Virus record (IMG/VR): IMGVR_UViG_3300027741_000049
Reading direction: 5' to 3' (one strand)
Origin: an uncultured virus (IMG/VR IMGVR_UViG_3300027741_000049)
Taxonomy: Duplodnaviria; Heunggongvirae; Uroviricota; Caudoviricetes
Length of the DNA stretch: 20,000 nt
The stretch's first letter is position 1. Each line of letters opens with the position of its first letter. Position numbers and translations under genes: made by a program. The notes under the pieces are model-generated. The model searched no databases. It had not been told where the DNA came from and worked only from the letters and a program-made list of their open reading frames with translations. This document shows, piece after piece, positions 17,695-20,000 of the stretch.

Positions 17695-17723
17695 AGTATA
17701 ACACCTTAGGGCCTATATGTCAA
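17695..17723 (-). promoter_or_regulatory. sigma70 promoter driving the orf50-plcP-agt-orf107-terS-terL operon
   Basis: Minus strand TTGACA-tataggccctaaggtgt(17 nt)-TATACT with extended -10 TGn. Confidence 0.83.
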
Positions 17724-17758
17724 CTACAAAAAATTTTGTGGTGTCCAAAAAAATTTTC

Positions 17759-17787
17759 TTGAATTTATTTGCCAATCAGTGTATAAT
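17759..17787 (+). promoter_or_regulatory. Divergent sigma70 promoter for a small membrane protein
   Basis: TTGAAT-17 nt-TATAAT, 20 nt upstream of an ATG with GGGAGA SD. Confidence 0.72.
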
Positions 17788-17807
17788 ATTATTTTTGGGA
17801 GAATTCA

Positions 17808-17957
17808 ATGTGGCGGCTGTGGGCAAAAGCACTGGGTGATAAGTATAGTTTGACTGACAGTGAGGCTGATGTAGTTTGCTGGATTAGAACGTTTATAGTC
17901 TTGTGCTACTTGTTGACTAATTTGGTAATTGTGTTGGGCGTGGTGCATCACTGGTGA
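17808..17957 (+). CDS. Small phage membrane protein (49 aa), not in the ORF track
   Basis: MWRLWAKALGDKYSLTDSEADVVCWIRTFIVLCYLLTNLVIVLGVVHHW*, with its own promoter and SD and a C-terminal hydrophobic helix. It resembles a hypothetical family I recall from aquatic phages. Confidence 0.8.
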   Translation: MWRLWAKALGDKYSLTDSEADVVCWIRTFIVLCYLLTNLVIVLGVVHHW

Positions 17958-18058
17958 GTTTTGGCACCGAAAGTTTTGTGGAAATTTTCTTAAAGTTGGC
18001 CGTATGGTAGGGCCCATATAGTTACAATTATTATAACGTCTAATAACCGCCCTAGTCA

Positions 18059-18117
18059 TTATAAATTCTATAATAATTATATTTTCAATTCAATTTATAA
18101 AATCTATAATAATTATA
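18059..18117. repeat. AT-rich 23-bp direct repeat pair
   Basis: TTATAAATTCTATAATAATTATA (18059-18081) and TTATAAAATCTATAATAATTATA (18095-18117); one mismatch, 36-bp period. Confidence 0.8.
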
Positions 18118-18121
18118 AAAT

Positions 18122-18144
18122 CCCTGCGTCAATATGTCGCACCC
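18122..18144 (+). promoter_or_regulatory. Conserved 23-bp upstream element, copy 1 (dyad TGCGTCA-ATA-TGTCGCA)
   Basis: CCCTGCGTCAATATGTCGCACCC, identical to 19238-19260 and just upstream of a -35 box. Confidence 0.8.
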
Positions 18145-18151
18145 CCTGGGC

Positions 18152-18180
18152 TTGCTTTTCTGAATTGACTAGCCTATAAT
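18152..18180 (+). promoter_or_regulatory. Strong early-type sigma70 promoter for the A2-like gene
   Basis: TTGCTT-17 nt-TATAAT. Confidence 0.82.
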
Positions 18181-18215
18181 TACTACATCGAAACAGCACT
18201 CAAAGGGAGAGCAAA

Positions 18216-18542
18216 ATGGCAGAAAAAGCCGTAAACTATAGCCCTGAGCAAACCGCTCAGATTATTGCCGATTATAAGTCGGGTGTTAGCGTTGAATCGT
18301 TGGCATTGGCAATGGGTAAATCCGTTCGCTCAATCGTTGCTAAACTGTCACGCGAAGGCGTGTATCAGAAAAAAGCATACAAAACCAAAACGGGTGAACC
18401 CGTTGTGAAAAAAGATGCTCATGCTGATGCAATTGGCGCAATCTTGCGCTTGCCTGAGAATGACATCGAATCGCTTACCAAAGCTAACAAGAGCGCATTA
18501 AAAGCGATCTTTGAAGCATTGGCTAATAGCAAGCCAATCTAA
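18216..18542 (+). CDS. A2: T5 A2-like pre-early DNA-binding protein
   Basis: NYSPEQT...KSVRSIVAKLSREGVYQKK...LESL/IESLTKANK pattern resembles T5 A2 (SVRSKLTSAKAYQK...LASLESAK); HTH-like N-terminus; GGGAG SD. Confidence 0.68.
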   Translation: MAEKAVNYSPEQTAQIIADYKSGVSVESLALAMGKSVRSIVAKLSREGVYQKKAYKTKTGEPVVKKDAHADAIGAILRLPENDIESLTKANKSALKAIFEALANSKPI

Positions 18543-18564
18543 TCTAAACTAGGATAACGAACCC

Positions 18565-18927
18565 ATGACCGTCGCAACACTAAATGCCACAATTCAGGCT
18601 CAGGCGACTAAGATATGGGTTCGTTATACTAACATTTACACTAGGCTTGCACTATTCCCGATGCCCGTTATTAAACTTAATAACAGATTGACTAAGACTG
18701 CGGGCCGTTGCTTTATGGAAGCTAACGTAATAGATCTTGGTACTAAATTCTTTAATAAACACCATGACCGTATGCTCTCCGAAATTATGGTACATGAAAT
18801 AGCGCATCAGGTTGACTATAACCTTAATGGCACACCAGCAGGTAATCGTTGGCATGGTAAAACCTGGCAGGATATTATGCTAAACTACGGCGCAACACCT
18901 AACACTTATCACAACATGGAGCTATAA
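18565..18927 (+). CDS. SprT-like zinc metalloprotease
   Basis: IKLNNRLTKTAGRC...HEIAH (HExxH)...HGKTWQDIM is the SprT signature; AGGA SD. Confidence 0.88.
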   Translation: MTVATLNATIQAQATKIWVRYTNIYTRLALFPMPVIKLNNRLTKTAGRCFMEANVIDLGTKFFNKHHDRMLSEIMVHEIAHQVDYNLNGTPAGNRWHGKTWQDIMLNYGATPNTYHNMEL

Positions 18928-19133
18928 TGCTAGCATGGATTGGCACTATTACCAGCATAGCGGGATCTTTTCTGGTTGCAATGGGCGTAATGAATTGGGG
19001 TTATATATGCTTTGCGACTGGATCAATAAGCTGGTTAATAATTGCACTAATGCGGCGTGACAAAGCATTAGGCACACTTAATGGGGCCTTTTTAATAGCT
19101 AATACAATCGGCATTGTTAATTATGTAATTTGA
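18927..19133 (+). CDS. Small integral membrane protein (2-3 TM helices)
   Basis: 68 aa, almost all hydrophobic; TAATG coupling to the SprT-like gene. Confidence 0.75.
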   Translation: MLAWIGTITSIAGSFLVAMGVMNWGYICFATGSISWLIIALMRRDKALGTLNGAFLIANTIGIVNYVI

Positions 19134-19175
19134 AACGACCGGGTGTTGTAAAAAAACAACACCGCTGGCGCCAAA

Positions 19176-19205
19176 ATTATAACATATAATTTTGGGCCGC
19201 GTCAA
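19176..19205 (-). promoter_or_regulatory. Putative antisense-facing sigma70 promoter embedded in a palindrome
   Basis: Minus strand TTGACG-18 nt-TATAAT with TGn extension; the -10 lies inside CCAAAATTAT-aacat-ATAATTTTGG (19171-19195). Confidence 0.55.
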
Positions 19206-19237
19206 GGGGGTGTGCAAAAATACTACACTAGGGAAAA

Positions 19238-19260
19238 CCCTGCGTCAATATGTCGCACCC
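19238..19260 (+). promoter_or_regulatory. Conserved 23-bp upstream element, copy 2
   Basis: Exact copy of 18122-18144. Confidence 0.8.
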
Positions 19261-19267
19261 TGGGCGC

Positions 19268-19295
19268 TTGCACTCTCTGAAAATCGGCGTATAAT
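19268..19295 (+). promoter_or_regulatory. Second early-type sigma70 promoter
   Basis: TTGCAC-16 nt-TATAAT; shares TCTGAA in the spacer and ACTACAT downstream with the promoter at 18152. Confidence 0.75.
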
Positions 19296-19329
19296 TCACT
19301 ACATGGACACAACGCCACGGAACAACGCG

Positions 19330-19485
19330 ATGAAAACCAGCCGATCACACGACGCAGTTATTGCGCTCCTGAAAAAACAATTGCAAACTGAAAGAAAAGA
19401 GATTGTTCGTAATAGTTTCTTTAAGATATTTAATAACCTGAATAACAAACTGAAACAACAATTGTGGATTGAGGCACAATTATGA
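19330..19485 (+). CDS. Hypothetical basic protein (51 aa; alternative in-frame ATG at 19303)
   Basis: MKTSRSHDAVIALLKKQLQTERKEIVRNSFFKIFNNLNNKLKQQLWIEAQL*; downstream of the promoter, ATGA overlap with the next ORF. Confidence 0.6.
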   Translation: MKTSRSHDAVIALLKKQLQTERKEIVRNSFFKIFNNLNNKLKQQLWIEAQL

Positions 19486-19649
19486 AAACAAAATTACACT
19501 TGGTGCTGGCAATGCAAAAAGCCAGCAAACCTGATCCGCGGGCGCATAAGCCCCTATTTGTGAATAGCCCATTTAAGCCAAAGGTTATTCCAAATAAAAA
19601 ACAAAGCAAATTGGCTAAACTGTTTAATGGTTGGGGTTTTGATGACTAA
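19482..19649 (+). CDS. Hypothetical basic protein (55 aa), not in the ORF track
   Basis: GAGG SD; MKTKLHLVLAMQKASKPDPRAHKPLFVNSPFKPKVIPNKKQSKLAKLFNGWGFDD*; overlaps both neighbours. Confidence 0.68.
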   Translation: MKTKLHLVLAMQKASKPDPRAHKPLFVNSPFKPKVIPNKKQSKLAKLFNGWGFDD

Positions 19650-19839
19650 ATTTAATTTGATTGAACAGGCCGCAAGGTTTGAAACGTCGCAATTAACCCG
19701 CGACGAATTGATTTACTTTGTAGAATCTGTTAAAATGCACGAGATGATGGAATTGGATTATCCGGCACTAGTAAAACGCATTGAGCGTACTGCTAAACAC
19801 TTGGTCGATGTTGCACGTTTTTTTAACAAAGGGGAATGA
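19642..19839 (+). CDS. Hypothetical protein (65 aa)
   Basis: MTKFNLIEQAARF...; the ATG at 19642 follows GGGG and overlaps the upstream stop. Confidence 0.65.
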   Translation: MTKFNLIEQAARFETSQLTRDELIYFVESVKMHEMMELDYPALVKRIERTAKHLVDVARFFNKGE

Positions 19840-19841
19840 TT

Positions 19842-20000
19842 ATGTTTATGGCTAAAAGCACTAATGACGAAACCATTATGTCAATGGGCAATTCCATTGA
19901 GGAAGTATGGCAAGACTTGCAATTCGGTTTTGAATTGACCGATGATGATTTTGAGGATTTAGAGTGGTTTGAGATTGATCCAATTACCGTAAAACGTAAG
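19842..20000 (+). CDS. Hypothetical acidic protein, truncated by the window edge
   Basis: AAGGGG SD; MFMAKSTNDETIMSMGNSIEEVWQDLQFGFELTDDDFEDLEWFEIDPITVKRK, open to the end. Confidence 0.65.
   Translation, partial: MFMAKSTNDETIMSMGNSIEEVWQDLQFGFELTDDDFEDLEWFEIDPITVKRK

Noticed and set aside
17805..18059. 84-aa minus-strand ORF
   Set aside because: It is antisense to the 49-aa plus-strand ORF, which has a promoter, SD and TM helix.
18652..18855. 67-aa minus-strand ORF
   Set aside because: Antisense shadow of the SprT-like gene.
18122..19260. 23-bp repeats as a CRISPR array, att sites or IS ends
   Set aside because: Only two copies about 1.1 kb apart, each fixed relative to a promoter; no cas, integrase or transposase gene in the window.
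19192..19329. N-terminal extension of the 97-aa ORF in the track
   Set aside because: It runs through the palindromes, the 23-bp box and the promoter; the real start is more likely 19303 or 19330.
19482..19649. ArfA-like ribosome rescue factor (PFKPKVIPNKK resembles PLFRQRVEKNKK)
   Set aside because: It lacks the KGKGSY core, and the similarity is too short to support the call.
1..20000. Stop-codon reassignment, introns/inteins, tRNA genes
   Set aside because: Core genes are full-length in the standard code with expected sizes, and I saw no cloverleaf-like sequence in the short intergenic gaps.

Overview
This window is part of a lytic T5-like siphophage genome (Demerecviridae-type gene order; host unknown, probably a proteobacterium). 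Bases 1-15469 hold the minus-strand late module. In transcription order it encodes TerS, TerL, an inserted Dps, the HNH nicking endonuclease, portal, a fused prohead protease/major capsid ORF with an internal ribosome-binding site, head and tail completion proteins, tail terminator, tail tube, a -1 frameshifted pair of tail assembly chaperones and a tape measure protein that runs off the left edge. Upstream of terS, where T5 carries its receptor-binding and llp genes, this phage has a tightly coupled cassette: a small membrane protein, a PlcP-type phospholipase C (metallophosphoesterase), an Agt-type GT4 glycosyltransferase and a second membrane protein. In bacteria the plcP-agt pair replaces phospholipids with glycolipids under phosphate starvation, and it is the most interesting feature here. 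After an AT-rich junction (about 17960-18120) come plus-strand pre-early-type genes (A2-like, SprT-like, small ORFs). They are driven by two sigma70 promoters that each have an identical 23-bp element with a RegA/RegR-like GCGNC-N5-GNCGC dyad. Family calls come from recognising motifs by eye, not from database searches.
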